64,000 bases of DNA from Nitrospirota bacterium (GTDB lineage Bacteria > Nitrospirota > UBA9217): NCBI GenBank assembly GCA_963840455.1, contig CAWIYV010000001.1, forward strand, positions 128,001 to 192,000, in the 5' to 3' direction. A program made the translations under genes and the position numbers. Each line of letters begins with the position of its first letter. Within the stretch, counting starts at the first letter, position 1. Shown piece by piece: positions 9,990-19,600 of the stretch. Below the pieces are notes generated by a model. That model saw nothing but the letters and a program-made list of their open reading frames with translations. It made no database searches and was not told where the DNA came from.

Positions 9990-11861
9990 TTACCTTCCCT
10001 CTCCCAGTGAAGCAGGGTCAAAGGCGCGGAGCGTGGGCAGGAAACCAGCACTGCCCGCCGGCGGGTTCATGACCCGCACTTCAAAGTTCACGCTGCCCCG
10101 GGCGGGGATCATCCCATCCCGAACTGCAGTCATTTTTTGTATATCTTCCGTCTTCGTTCCCCGCTTCGCCAAGAGTTCCCGCTCCTTGGCTGTATACAGT
10201 TGGATGCCGTTCATCATTTTCACCGTCGTCAGCACGACCTCCTTCGCGTCGCGGACCTCGGTCACCAGGTACCAGCCCAACTTTGGCTTGTCCGTCGTGT
10301 TCTGTATCGAGCCGGACACGACGAGGTCCCCGGTGGCGGGGTCGATGTATCCGTGTGCATTCGAGACCTGAAGCCCTGTCGGGACAAGCATATCTCCGTG
10401 TTTCTGACCTGGCTCCTGCATGGACTGTTCCATCCTCCCGGTGATGGTGCCCGTCTCGTAAAAGGCGAAAAGGACCACGACAAGAGAAACGACAAGACCT
10501 GCCTTCTGCAGGCCCGAGAGGTCGGCAGAGAGGGTTTCGTTTTTTTCGTTGATCAAGATGCGTCTCGCGACAACAACAAGAATGCTCAGAACAAAGGCAG
10601 CTGCCGCCGACATGATCGCATTCGCGACAATCAACTGCACGTTCAGGCCGGCACCCGACGCCAGGGAGATCATGATGGACTCACCGACACCGAAGCCAGC
10701 TCCGAAGACCGTTCCGATCAGGACGTTCACCAGGAAGAAGAGCTTCTTCCCGGCTTTCGCCTGGACAATGGATATGACGAGCCCTATCAGCACACTCATG
10801 CTGATGATGCCGCTTCCCGCAAGAGCGATGAGATGGACCAGGGACGCGCTTGCAAAGAACGGGACCAGCTTCATCACGATGCCTGCGGACAGGAGCAAGA
10901 GCGCCACGGTCGGCACAGCGCAACCCAGTCCCGCTACGGCACCGGTGATATTGCCGGACGCAAGAGGATGGACCGCATCCTGCACACCGGCAGCAACTGT
11001 ACGCGCAGTCTCTTCCCGGTCTTTCCCTGCGAACGACGCATCAGTCCCGATAGACCGAGGAATACTAAGGGCTGCGCCGAGGTCGATCTCTTCGTCACTC
11101 TCCTGCTGGGGCTGAGGCGCCGGTTTCTGCTTTGGCGGTGCTGTGAATACAGGTCCGGTCTTCAGCGGTACATCCCGGACCGGTGTGGGCTGCATCGTCA
11201 GTTCCGGTACGGCCTGCGGTTCCGATCCAGTTTCCAGGTCAGCTTTCGGTTCAGGTTCCGGCTCAGAGCCGTGATCAAGCGCAGGCGCCTGCTCTTCCGA
11301 TGAAGGCATCGCGAAGGCCGATTTTCGCTTCGGCTCCGATGAAAGATCATCGGGAAACTGCAAAGCTGCTTCCGCTTCGGCCGCCGCTTCAGGGGATATC
11401 TCGATCTCCGGGGCCACCTGCTCCTGCGATGCGTCGAAGGAAAAGTCGGGGCCACCGAATCCTTCCGCGGGATGTGCTGCCGATGACGCTGCGGCATGGG
11501 GCTCGCTGAAGTCGAAATCGCCCAGCGACACGGGTGGTATCTGCTGATCCTCCGCCGGTCGTTCATCGGCAGGCTGCTCCGCCAGAGGCCGATACTCCTG
11601 GGGTTTATACTCCTGCGCTTTCGACTGCGGTGTTGGCGGCGGCGACGGTGATGGTGGTACCGGTTTTAGTGCGGGAGCGGACGGCTGCGCGGCTGGAGCT
11701 ACGGTCTCAGTCTCGCGGGCGAGCAGGTCCATCTCAAAGTCATCCTTCGTGATGGTGATGACCTCAGCGCACTTAGAGCATTTGAACCGGATACCCTTTC
11801 CCGCTATCTTTTCGTCTGCCACGCGGAAAAGTTTGCTGCAGCTGGGGCACCGGATATTCAT
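9990..11861 (-). CDS. Zinc-ribbon (MJ0042-finger) membrane protein with Pro/Glu-rich linker
   Basis: N-terminal CPSC...KCSKC, long low-complexity acidic/Pro region, about 5 TM helices, C-terminal soluble domain. Confidence 0.75.
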   Translation of the reverse strand: MNIRCPSCSKLFRVADEKIAGKGIRFKCSKCAEVITITKDDFEMDLLARETETVAPAAQPSAPALKPVPPSPSPPPTPQSKAQEYKPQEYRPLAEQPADERPAEDQQIPPVSLGDFDFSEPHAAASSAAHPAEGFGGPDFSFDASQEQVAPEIEISPEAAAEAEAALQFPDDLSSEPKRKSAFAMPSSEEQAPALDHGSEPEPEPKADLETGSEPQAVPELTMQPTPVRDVPLKTGPVFTAPPKQKPAPQPQQESDEEIDLGAALSIPRSIGTDASFAGKDREETARTVAAGVQDAVHPLASGNITGAVAGLGCAVPTVALLLLSAGIVMKLVPFFASASLVHLIALAGSGIISMSVLIGLVISIVQAKAGKKLFFLVNVLIGTVFGAGFGVGESIMISLASGAGLNVQLIVANAIMSAAAAFVLSILVVVARRILINEKNETLSADLSGLQKAGLVVSLVVVLFAFYETGTITGRMEQSMQEPGQKHGDMLVPTGLQVSNAHGYIDPATGDLVVSGSIQNTTDKPKLGWYLVTEVRDAKEVVLTTVKMMNGIQLYTAKERELLAKRGTKTEDIQKMTAVRDGMIPARGSVNFEVRVMNPPAGSAGFLPTLRAFDPASLGEGR

Positions 11862-12265
11862 ACTGAATTTTCTCCTGGTCGCTTACACTAATATGACGGG
11901 CTTGAGGACTGTAGATCTTGCCGAAAGGAACGGAAGTTTCTGATTCGTATTGTAATATATTTTTTATTATAATTCTACTTGTCTATACTATTTTTTTTCG
12001 TCCCCGGCGTCTTCAGGAAGGGTCTTTTTTTCACCGGCGATCCGATATTCCTCCGAGGCCCAACGACCCAGATCCACTGAGCGGCATCGCTCAGAACAGA
12101 ACGGCCTGAAAGGATTGTCCTTCCAGGCTGTTACCTTTTTGCAGACAGAGCATTTTATCAGCATGTCGTTTCTTCACCATTCCCGCATCGGCAGCGATCG
12201 ATGCTTCCATGCCTTGTACTGTGCATTTTGCACGGTGCGTTCGTGTTCTGCGTGAGCCTCCACGG

Positions 12266-12940
12266 CTATTTCAGTTCATAGACCATCGGGACCTCGACCC
12301 ATCCTTTCACGTAAGGCATGGGCGCGGCCCGGTAGACCGTTTTGACCGAAGCCTCGTCGAGGATCTGCATGCCCGAGCTCCTGACCACGTCAACTGCCTC
12401 GATGTCTCCTGAAGGAAGCACCTTGAACCGGACAAGCACGGTGCCCTCGATGCCGCGCTCACGGGCGAACCGCGGATAGGTTTTGGCCTTTTCGATGGCC
12501 CTTTGCAGGTGCAGCATCAGATCCTGCGGGATCCCACCGCCGGTATCGCCGGCGGCATTCACGGCGCTGACGCCGATTCCTCGCTCCTCCGCACGGCCGC
12601 CGCCGCTCCCTGCGCCAGAAGGCGCAAACAGTTCCGGCATCGTTTCATGATGATCCGATCCGTCAGACCGGCTCGCCTCAACCGCAGCTCCATCAGCGGG
12701 CCTTGCCGGCACAGGAGCCGGAACAGGAACGGCATCGGACGCAGGAGATGACCGTACCGTTTGTCGTTGCCCACCGGCAGACGTCCCTTCGCCGACAAGC
12801 GATACCATGACCGCGCGTAGGGATTCTCCGGACCTTATGCCGCCGTAGTGCGCGAAGGCCAGAGCGCTGCCAAAGACCGCTGCATGCACCGCTAGAGACA
12901 GGACCAGGGTCCTCGATAATTTTGTTTCACCGTGCTTCAT
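12266..12940 (-). CDS. tonB: Energy transducer TonB
   Basis: SLAVH TM anchor; YPRFARERGIEGTV..SSG..LDEA C-terminal domain. Confidence 0.88.
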   Translation of the reverse strand: MKHGETKLSRTLVLSLAVHAAVFGSALAFAHYGGIRSGESLRAVMVSLVGEGTSAGGQRQTVRSSPASDAVPVPAPVPARPADGAAVEASRSDGSDHHETMPELFAPSGAGSGGGRAEERGIGVSAVNAAGDTGGGIPQDLMLHLQRAIEKAKTYPRFARERGIEGTVLVRFKVLPSGDIEAVDVVRSSGMQILDEASVKTVYRAAPMPYVKGWVEVPMVYELK

Positions 12941-12969
12941 ACCATCTTCTCGTTGCGCTCTCGAAGCTG

Positions 12970-14811
12970 TCAGAAGGAGAACGATAAACCGCCGCGCACC
13001 TCCCGGGGAGGCATGGGATAGCCCTGAACAGTTTCATATTTTCTATCGAAGATGTTCGTCATAGCAAAATAGACCTCGGCACTTTTCCACTGGCTCAGTT
13101 TTTCCGCGATCTTCGCGTCATAGACCGAATAATGCCATACCGCCTCGCCGGGCCTCACGTAATTCTCTACCGCCCGGCCCTCCACGGTTAGATAGGTGTT
13201 CTTCTCCGGGAACACCGTCACGGCGCCTTTCAACTGTTTCTTCGGTATTGTGTAATATATCTTCTCTCCCGTGACCTCGTCAACAGGGTTTATGTACGTA
13301 TAGTTCGCCAGAAGAGTAATAACCGAGGCGATTCTGTACGTGGCCTCGGCCTCGTACCCACGGATGTGCGCCTTGCCTATGTTCTCGACCTGCATGGGGA
13401 ATACAGACCAGTTCCACTGGATGAGGTCTGCCACCCTGCGGTCGAAACCGGCAATCTTGACGGTGATCTCCTTGCTCAGTTGCTGTTCCACGCTCCCCTC
13501 ATATTCTTTCGCGGACTCGGGCTTCAGGCTCGGATTCCCGACCGCCCAGGACGTATTGAAATAAAGGTCATTGAACGTCGGGGCCCGGAAGCTCTTTCCG
13601 TAGGACGCGCGGAAGATGGTCCCGGTGCTCTTGAGGGAATACCGGCCGCTGACCTTGGGGCTGAACTTGTTCCCGTAAACGGAGTGGTCATCCTCCCGGC
13701 CGCCGACCACTATGATGAAGGGCTCGCCGATGCTGATCTCGTCCTGGAAGTAAAATGCATTCAGGGACGCTGCATGCTCCGCGGTCCCGTTCAGGGCATC
13801 GAAGCTGTTCAGCCGGTCCCGCCGTGTCTCATAGCCGGCCGTCAGCTGGTTCCACGAGGCGATAAGCCAGGTCAGTTGGGCCTCGCCCCCGTCGCTCGTT
13901 GTCTCGTAGTAATTGTTAGTCGGCGGATCCTGGAACCCCAGATCGTCCTGCTTACGGTAACCGGAGAGCCTGAGGTCGAACGATTGCCCGAACCGTGTCC
14001 GGTATGCGCCGCTGTATACCTGGTTCCGCTCCGACTGCCGGGCATTCGGTGTGGCCAACGGGACCCCGAGAAAAGTCAAGGTCGATCCCGGAGATCCGAC
14101 ATCCTCGGAGAGATAGTTAGCGGCGAATTCGAGCGACGAGGTTTTGGACAGTTCGTAACCCACCTTGCCGTTGAAGACCCACCGGTAGAGGTCGCCGTTC
14201 ACCCGATAGCCGTCTGAGGTCTCGCGTTTGCCTGCAACAGCATAGTACCATTCGCCTTTCCTTCCCTCTCCGCCGAGGTGGATAGAGTCATATCCGTGGC
14301 TCCCGGCAGAAGCGATGATGCTGCTCCTGTCCCCCTGCGGTTTCCTGGTGATAATGTTGATGACCCCGCCGACCGCATCGGAACCATAGAGGGCAGATGA
14401 CGGTCCTCTGACGATCTCGATCCGCTCGATGTCCTCCACGGACACCGGGAGAAAGGAGAGGTCGAATCCGCCGTCGCGGGACGAGTTCATGCGGATGCCG
14501 TCCAGGAGCACGAGCACCTGGGCGGAGGATGCCCCCCGGATGCTCATCGACTCGACAGACCCCGGCGTTCCAAAGTTCGCGATGTGTACGCTAGCCGCGT
14601 TCTGGACCGCTGTGGCAACGTCGGTCGCCCCCGACTTCCTGATCTCATCTCCGGTGATGACCGTCACCGACTGCGTCACGTCCTTGAGTTCCTTTTCCGT
14701 CTTTGTGGCCGTTACGACGACCTCGTCCAGCCTGACGTTGGCCTGTTGGGCCTGCAAGCCGGTCGGCATCACGACCGCCCATATTGAAGCAGCAAGAGCT
14801 ATCCGTTTCAT
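12970..14811 (-). CDS. btuB: TonB-dependent outer-membrane cobalamin receptor
   Basis: Signal peptide, DEVVVTA TonB box, plug (IERIEIVRGPSSALYG), C-terminal Phe; preceded by a cobalamin riboswitch. Confidence 0.88.
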   Translation of the reverse strand: MKRIALAASIWAVVMPTGLQAQQANVRLDEVVVTATKTEKELKDVTQSVTVITGDEIRKSGATDVATAVQNAASVHIANFGTPGSVESMSIRGASSAQVLVLLDGIRMNSSRDGGFDLSFLPVSVEDIERIEIVRGPSSALYGSDAVGGVINIITRKPQGDRSSIIASAGSHGYDSIHLGGEGRKGEWYYAVAGKRETSDGYRVNGDLYRWVFNGKVGYELSKTSSLEFAANYLSEDVGSPGSTLTFLGVPLATPNARQSERNQVYSGAYRTRFGQSFDLRLSGYRKQDDLGFQDPPTNNYYETTSDGGEAQLTWLIASWNQLTAGYETRRDRLNSFDALNGTAEHAASLNAFYFQDEISIGEPFIIVVGGREDDHSVYGNKFSPKVSGRYSLKSTGTIFRASYGKSFRAPTFNDLYFNTSWAVGNPSLKPESAKEYEGSVEQQLSKEITVKIAGFDRRVADLIQWNWSVFPMQVENIGKAHIRGYEAEATYRIASVITLLANYTYINPVDEVTGEKIYYTIPKKQLKGAVTVFPEKNTYLTVEGRAVENYVRPGEAVWHYSVYDAKIAEKLSQWKSAEVYFAMTNIFDRKYETVQGYPMPPREVRGGLSFSF

Positions 14812-14840
14812 CTATCATGTCTCCTTCTTTCGAGGTTGTG

Positions 14841-14981
14841 GGAATGAGCCGTCTCCTGGCTGAGGACATCCTACTCTCCGGCCTTCCCATCCCGCTCGCG
14901 GGACAGTGGCTTGTCCGGATTTCGTTTCCATCACAGTTGCGTGACAGCGGGGGATTCCCACCCCCTTCCGCTTCTCATTCC
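14841..14981 (-). ncRNA. Cobalamin riboswitch upstream of btuB
   Basis: Minus strand GGAA...GGGAATCCCCCGCTGTCACGCAACTGT...AAGCCACTG...GGGAAGG...AGCCAGGAGAC (B12 box), closed by GGAATGAG/CTCATTCC. Confidence 0.9.
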
Positions 14982-15092
14982 CTCTTGTATCCCGTCTTCC
15001 CTGTTTCCCTTGTCCATCCTGATCCTGTTCCTGCTGACGATCACCTCCTGAGTGGTGCCATGGGTCCTCTGTTCGCGCGAACAAGTCCATCT

Positions 15093-15866
15093 TCAGAACC
15101 ACTTTTCGTGCGTAATATACATTCCATGCTCGGCCTTCCGCAGCTCGATCGACACATCAAAAGCGTCACGGATCATCGGCCCGGTCAAGACGACATCCGG
15201 TGCCCCGATGCCGAGCACCGCGCCGTTCTTGATCACCATGACCTTCTCGAACTGCAGCGCCACATTGATGTCATGGAGCGCCATGACGACGGAAATGCCC
15301 TTCTGTTCCTGCAGCCGCCGCAGCAGCCGCAGGAACTCGATCTGGTACCTTATGTCCAGGTTCGCCAGCGGTTCATCGAGCAGCAGGATCCCCGCGCCCT
15401 GGATCAGCGTCATGGCAATGAACACCCTCCTGCGCTCCCCGCCGCTCAAGTTCGTCACGTAGACGTCCGCCTTGTCCAGAAGCCCTACGGTGTCCATCGC
15501 TTCATCAACGGTCATCGCCGGAGGGATATCGTAGGGGTACATCCCCATGCCCACGATCTCCCGGACCGTGAACGGCACGCTTACATCCAGATGCTGGGGA
15601 AAGTAGCACAGGAGTTTCGCCCGGTCCTTGTTCCGGTATGCGGCCAGCGGCTTGTCCCAGAGCCTTACGGTCCCGGTGTCCGGCCGAACCATGCCCGCGG
15701 CAAGCTTCAGGATAGTGGATTTGCCGGAACCGTTCGCGCCCAGAAGTCCGATGAACTCTCCCCCCCCGATGGCGAAGGCAAGGTCATCGATGATCCGTCC
15801 GGCGCCGGGATATCGGAAGGACACCCGGTCGAGCTCGAGAATGGGGCCGCTATACGCCGAGAACAT
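15093..15866 (-). CDS. btuD: Cobalamin ABC transporter ATPase (BtuD/FecE family)
   Basis: GANGSGKS, LSGGE, LLLDEP and HD motifs. Confidence 0.85.
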   Translation of the reverse strand: MFSAYSGPILELDRVSFRYPGAGRIIDDLAFAIGGGEFIGLLGANGSGKSTILKLAAGMVRPDTGTVRLWDKPLAAYRNKDRAKLLCYFPQHLDVSVPFTVREIVGMGMYPYDIPPAMTVDEAMDTVGLLDKADVYVTNLSGGERRRVFIAMTLIQGAGILLLDEPLANLDIRYQIEFLRLLRRLQEQKGISVVMALHDINVALQFEKVMVIKNGAVLGIGAPDVVLTGPMIRDAFDVSIELRKAEHGMYITHEKWF

Positions 15867-16815
15867 CTTTTTTCCTTAACAGATAGAGAAAATACGGCGC
15901 GCCGATCACCGCGGTCACGGTCCCGGACGGAAGTTCCAGGGGCGGCATCAGCGACCTTCCGATCAGGTCCGCAAAGCACAGGAACGCCCCGCCTGCGACC
16001 GCTGAAGCCGGCACGAGGAGCCTGCTGTCGGCTCCGAGCAGGAAGCGCACGATGTGCGGCATCAGGAGCCCGATGAAACCGATGGTCCCTCCCAGAGACA
16101 CTGACGCCGATGTCATGAGCGCCATCGCCGCGAAGAGAATGAGCCGTTCCCGCTGAACGGCGAATCCGAGACTGTAGGCGAATTCGTCGCCCAGGATCAG
16201 TGCGTTCAACGCCTTGGAGCGGAAGAGCGCAATGCCGAGGCCAATGATGATGAAAACGGACGCCGAAGGGATCAGCGTCCAGTCCGCCATGGAGAGGTCG
16301 CCGAACATCCAAAGGACCGCCCGCCGAAGACCCTCGTCGCTCGACAGGGACATGAGCAGCATCAGAACAGCGCTGAACAGGAAGTTCAATCCGATGCCGG
16401 CAAGCAGGAGACGTTCGGGCCAGAGACCGCCGCGCTTCCAGCCGAACGCCCCAACGAGGATGCTGACGAGCGAGGCGCCGATGAACGCCGATACAGGCAC
16501 GCTCGATCCGCCGAAGACATAGAAACCCGCAAGAAGGCCGAGGGCTGCTGCAAGGGACGCGCCGCTGGAGATCCCCAGGATATAAGGGTCAGCCAGCGGG
16601 TTACGCAGGACGCCCTGCAATATGGCGCCGGAAGCGCCCAGGGCCATACCCATCAGCAGCGCGACCGCCACGCGCGGCAGCCGTATGGAGAGCAGGATCT
16701 CGCGCTCCATGTCCGTCATGGCAAGAGGATTGATCGTCCGGGGACCGGCGTACAAGGCCAGGACCAGGATGGCCGCGGCCATGAGCAGAAAGAGAGTGAT
16801 CCTTACTTTATGCAT
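15850..16815 (-). CDS. btuC: Cobalamin ABC transporter permease (BtuC/FecCD family)
   Basis: IRLPR, RNPLADPYILGISSGA and GFIGL..PH motifs. Confidence 0.87.
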   Translation of the reverse strand: MHKVRITLFLLMAAAILVLALYAGPRTINPLAMTDMEREILLSIRLPRVAVALLMGMALGASGAILQGVLRNPLADPYILGISSGASLAAALGLLAGFYVFGGSSVPVSAFIGASLVSILVGAFGWKRGGLWPERLLLAGIGLNFLFSAVLMLLMSLSSDEGLRRAVLWMFGDLSMADWTLIPSASVFIIIGLGIALFRSKALNALILGDEFAYSLGFAVQRERLILFAAMALMTSASVSLGGTIGFIGLLMPHIVRFLLGADSRLLVPASAVAGGAFLCFADLIGRSLMPPLELPSGTVTAVIGAPYFLYLLRKKDVLGV

Positions 16816-17633
16816 GCCGCCAGTTCCTCGATCCCCTGCACGACCCGCGGGCCGAGCCGGTAGAGACTATCACTGACATAGCAGACCTTGTTGTTCCTGA
16901 CCGCGGGCACGGTCGCGAGCTTTTTCAGGATGCCCTGGGACACGGCCTGCATGTCCATCCCCGACCCCTTGCCGATGAACACAACCTCCGGCGCCTGACG
17001 GATGAGCTCTTCGATCGAAAACCGCGGATAGGCCGTCCTGGCGCCCGCTGCCGCGTTGTTCATGCCGAGCAGTGTGATCGCGTCATCGATCGCGGTTCCC
17101 GGGCCCGCTACCAGCAGGGGTTCCGGCCAGACGATGTACAGTACCTTCAAGCGCCGGGAAGACCGGTCCTTGACCAGCGAACGTTGTATCCCTGTTTCTA
17201 TCTCTCCAGCCAGTTTCTCACCGCGTGCCTGCGCATTGATGACCGACGCGAGCGCCCTGATGCCGTCAGGCAGTTCCGAAAGCTTCCGCGCGGTCCATAC
17301 GTAGGTGCGAAGCCCCATCGTCCGCAGCCGCTCGTCGACCTCCTGCGGGTTGCCGTCGGTGGTCATGACCACCAGGTCGGGCTTGAGCGCCACGATCGCT
17401 TCGAGCGACGGATTGGACAGCCCGCCGATCTTCTGTTTTTTCTTTGCCTCCTCCGGATGGTCGCAGAAACTGGTCACGCCGATGATCCGGTCCCCTGCAC
17501 CGAGTGCGAAGAGGATCTCCGTCGTCGCCGGGGACAGGGAGATGATGCGAGCAGGGGGCAATGCAGGTTCACCGGCATAGGATGACGGGGAGGCGTACAT
17601 AAGGAAGAAGAGCGTAATAAATAGTTTATGCAT
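16803..17633 (-). CDS. btuF: Cobalamin-binding periplasmic protein (BtuF family); alternative start 17651
   Basis: Signal peptide; RIISLSPATTEILFALG, EAIVALKPDLV and R.GPR motifs. Confidence 0.87.
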   Translation of the reverse strand: MHKLFITLFFLMYASPSSYAGEPALPPARIISLSPATTEILFALGAGDRIIGVTSFCDHPEEAKKKQKIGGLSNPSLEAIVALKPDLVVMTTDGNPQEVDERLRTMGLRTYVWTARKLSELPDGIRALASVINAQARGEKLAGEIETGIQRSLVKDRSSRRLKVLYIVWPEPLLVAGPGTAIDDAITLLGMNNAAAGARTAYPRFSIEELIRQAPEVVFIGKGSGMDMQAVSQGILKKLATVPAVRNNKVCYVSDSLYRLGPRVVQGIEELAACIK

Positions 17634-17703
17634 TTGGCCGTCCATCTTCATTGGTGGAAGTGGTTTTCACGTTCCTCTGCGTCCACTGCGGTGAACGAGG
17701 TGC

Positions 17704-17742
17704 AAATAAAAATCCCCAGCCTTCTTGGGAAGACTGGGGATT
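17704..17742 (-). terminator. Intrinsic terminator, likely the expression platform of the upstream riboswitch
   Basis: AATCCCCAG..CTGGGGATT stem plus TTTATTT on the minus strand, between the riboswitch and btuF. Confidence 0.8.
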
Positions 17743-17794
17743 AAGGTACACATTAACCCACACATGATCTTAACGCCGAAGACTGTGCGAGAAA

Positions 17795-17958
17795 CATCCA
17801 GGCAGGTCTTCTGGCTCTCCCCCTTCTGCCAGCCTTCCCAGTCATGCGCTGCATGACCAGTGGCCTCTATCGACAGATGGTTGGCCTTGCTTGCGCAAGG
17901 CCGGGATCACAGCGGCGGGTCCGCTCCCGGTTCTCACGGGATTCCCTTCGCCTGGATG
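17795..17958 (-). ncRNA. Cobalamin riboswitch upstream of btuFCD
   Basis: Minus strand AGGGAATCCCGTGAGAACCGGGAGCGGACCCGCCGCTGT...GCCACTG...GGGAAGG...AGCCAGAAGACCTG, closed by CATCCAGGC/GCCTGGATG. Confidence 0.92.
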
Positions 17959-17981
17959 AGTTCATATTGAGTTGTGACTTT

Positions 17982-18010
17982 CTTATATCATCCCCCGCGA
18001 CAAAAGTCAA
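17982..18010 (-). promoter_or_regulatory. Sigma70-type promoter for the btu leader
   Basis: TTGACT-N17-TATAAG just upstream of the riboswitch. Confidence 0.6.
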
Positions 18011-18071
18011 TCCGTTTGTCTTTCTGCTTCCCGCGTTGTTTTTTTTATTTATTATGGTATAATCTGCTCCG

Positions 18072-18138
18072 TTGAATATCCCTGCAGCAGCTTGCGGGGA
18101 ATCATCGATCCTCAAGGAAGTATCATCATCCTAATCGC
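18072..18138 (+). repeat. Degenerate 5' half of the ~115-bp two-hairpin element, copy 2
   Basis: TTGAATATCCCTGCAGCAGCTTGCGGGGAATCATCGATCCTCAAGG...CTAATCGC matches the first half of the other copies. Confidence 0.75.
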
Positions 18139-18172
18139 CCCTTGGTTCATACCACGGAATGGGAGACAGGTC

Positions 18173-19298
18173 ATGCTGCTCGACGAACTGAAACAGGATC
18201 TTGCCACGGTCAAGGACCGGATAGAATCCCTCCGGAGGCATCTTTGACACCCCTGCCAAGGAAGCCCGTCTCAACGACCTCACCCGCCTGTTAGAAGCAC
18301 CCGATTTTTGGAACAATCAGGACAAGGCGAACACCACGCTCAAAGAGAAGGCCGCGATCGAGCGGTCGCTTCGGGACATGGCCTCCCTTGCCCAGCGCCT
18401 GGGCGACCTGGAGGCCATGATGGAGCTTGCCTCTGAAGAGGGGGGGGAGGCCATGGTCGAGGAACTTGCGCGGGAGACCGCCGTGATCCAGAGCGATATC
18501 TCCCGGTCCGAGATAGCCGCCCTCCTGTCGGAAGAGCTCGACATGGTCAATGCCATTGTCTCGATCCACCCGGGAGCAGGCGGGGTCGAGGCCCAGGACT
18601 GGGCCGAGATGCTGATGCGCATGTACCTCCGGTGGGCCGAAAAGAGCGGTTTCGGAAGGGATATCCTCGACTATCAGGCCGGTGAGGAGGCGGGTGTGAA
18701 GTCCGTGACCTTTACCGTGTCCGGCGACTATGCCTACGGCAAGCTCAAGGCCGAAGCGGGCGTCCACCGGCTGGTGCGGATCTCCCCCTTCGATGCCAAC
18801 AAACGGCGTCATACGTCCTTTGCTTCGGTCTATGTGTACCCTGAAGTGAAGGAGGACATCGATATCACCATCGATGAGAAGGACCTCCGTATCGACACCT
18901 ACCGCGCGTCCAGCGCCGGCGGCCAGCATGTGAACAAGACGGATTCCGCGGTCCGCATTACCCACCTCCCCACGAACATCGTGGTCCAGTGCCAGAACGA
19001 ACGGTCCCAGCTCAAGAACAAGAACGTCGCCATGAAGGTCCTCCGCTCTCGGCTCTACGAGCTGAGGAAGAAGGAACAGGACGAAAAGCTCGGCAAGGTC
19101 GTGAGCGAGAAGAAGGACATCGCCTGGGGCAGCCAGATCCGGTCCTACGTGTTCCAGCCCTATCAGCTGGTCAAGGACCACCGTACCGGCATGGAGACGG
19201 GCAATGTGAACGCCGTGATGGACGGCGAGATCGAGCACTTCATCGAGGCGTATCTGATGGGGAGGAAAGCAACGGGAGAGGGAAAGGACCTGGAGTAG
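18173..19298 (+). CDS. prfB: Peptide chain release factor 2 with programmed +1 frameshift
   Basis: ATG at 18173, 24 codons to GGAGG-CAT-CTT-TGA-C (TGA at 18245); the +1 frame continues into ORF 18378..19298 with SPF and GGQ motifs. Confidence 0.95.
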
Positions 19299-19454
19299 AG
19301 GATGGTCCGAAATCAGCCATGATGCAGCCAAAAAGCTGCCGCATGGCGGTCTTCGTACGGATGGGACTGGAGGTTCATTCCAGGAGGATAGTTGCTTCGA
19401 TCATTTGCTTATCTGCTCCTGGTCCGCGTGACGTCTTAGGTCCGTCATATTCTA

Positions 19455-19570
19455 TTGAAGCTCCCTGCAGCAAGCTGCAGGGAATCTTCGATCCTCAAGG
19501 TAAAACTATTTATTCTAATCGCTCGCTAACCCCGCAGCAAGCTACGGGGAATGCGCTCGCTCCTGGATTC
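19455..19570 (+). repeat. Dispersed ~115-bp two-hairpin element, copy 3
   Basis: TTGAAGCTCCCTGCAGCAAGCTGCAGGGAATC...CCCCGCAGCAAGCTACGGGGAATGCGCTCGCTCCTGGATTC. Confidence 0.92.
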
Positions 19571-19600
19571 GAAAATCCTCACCCCTCGCTCCGAACTGAT

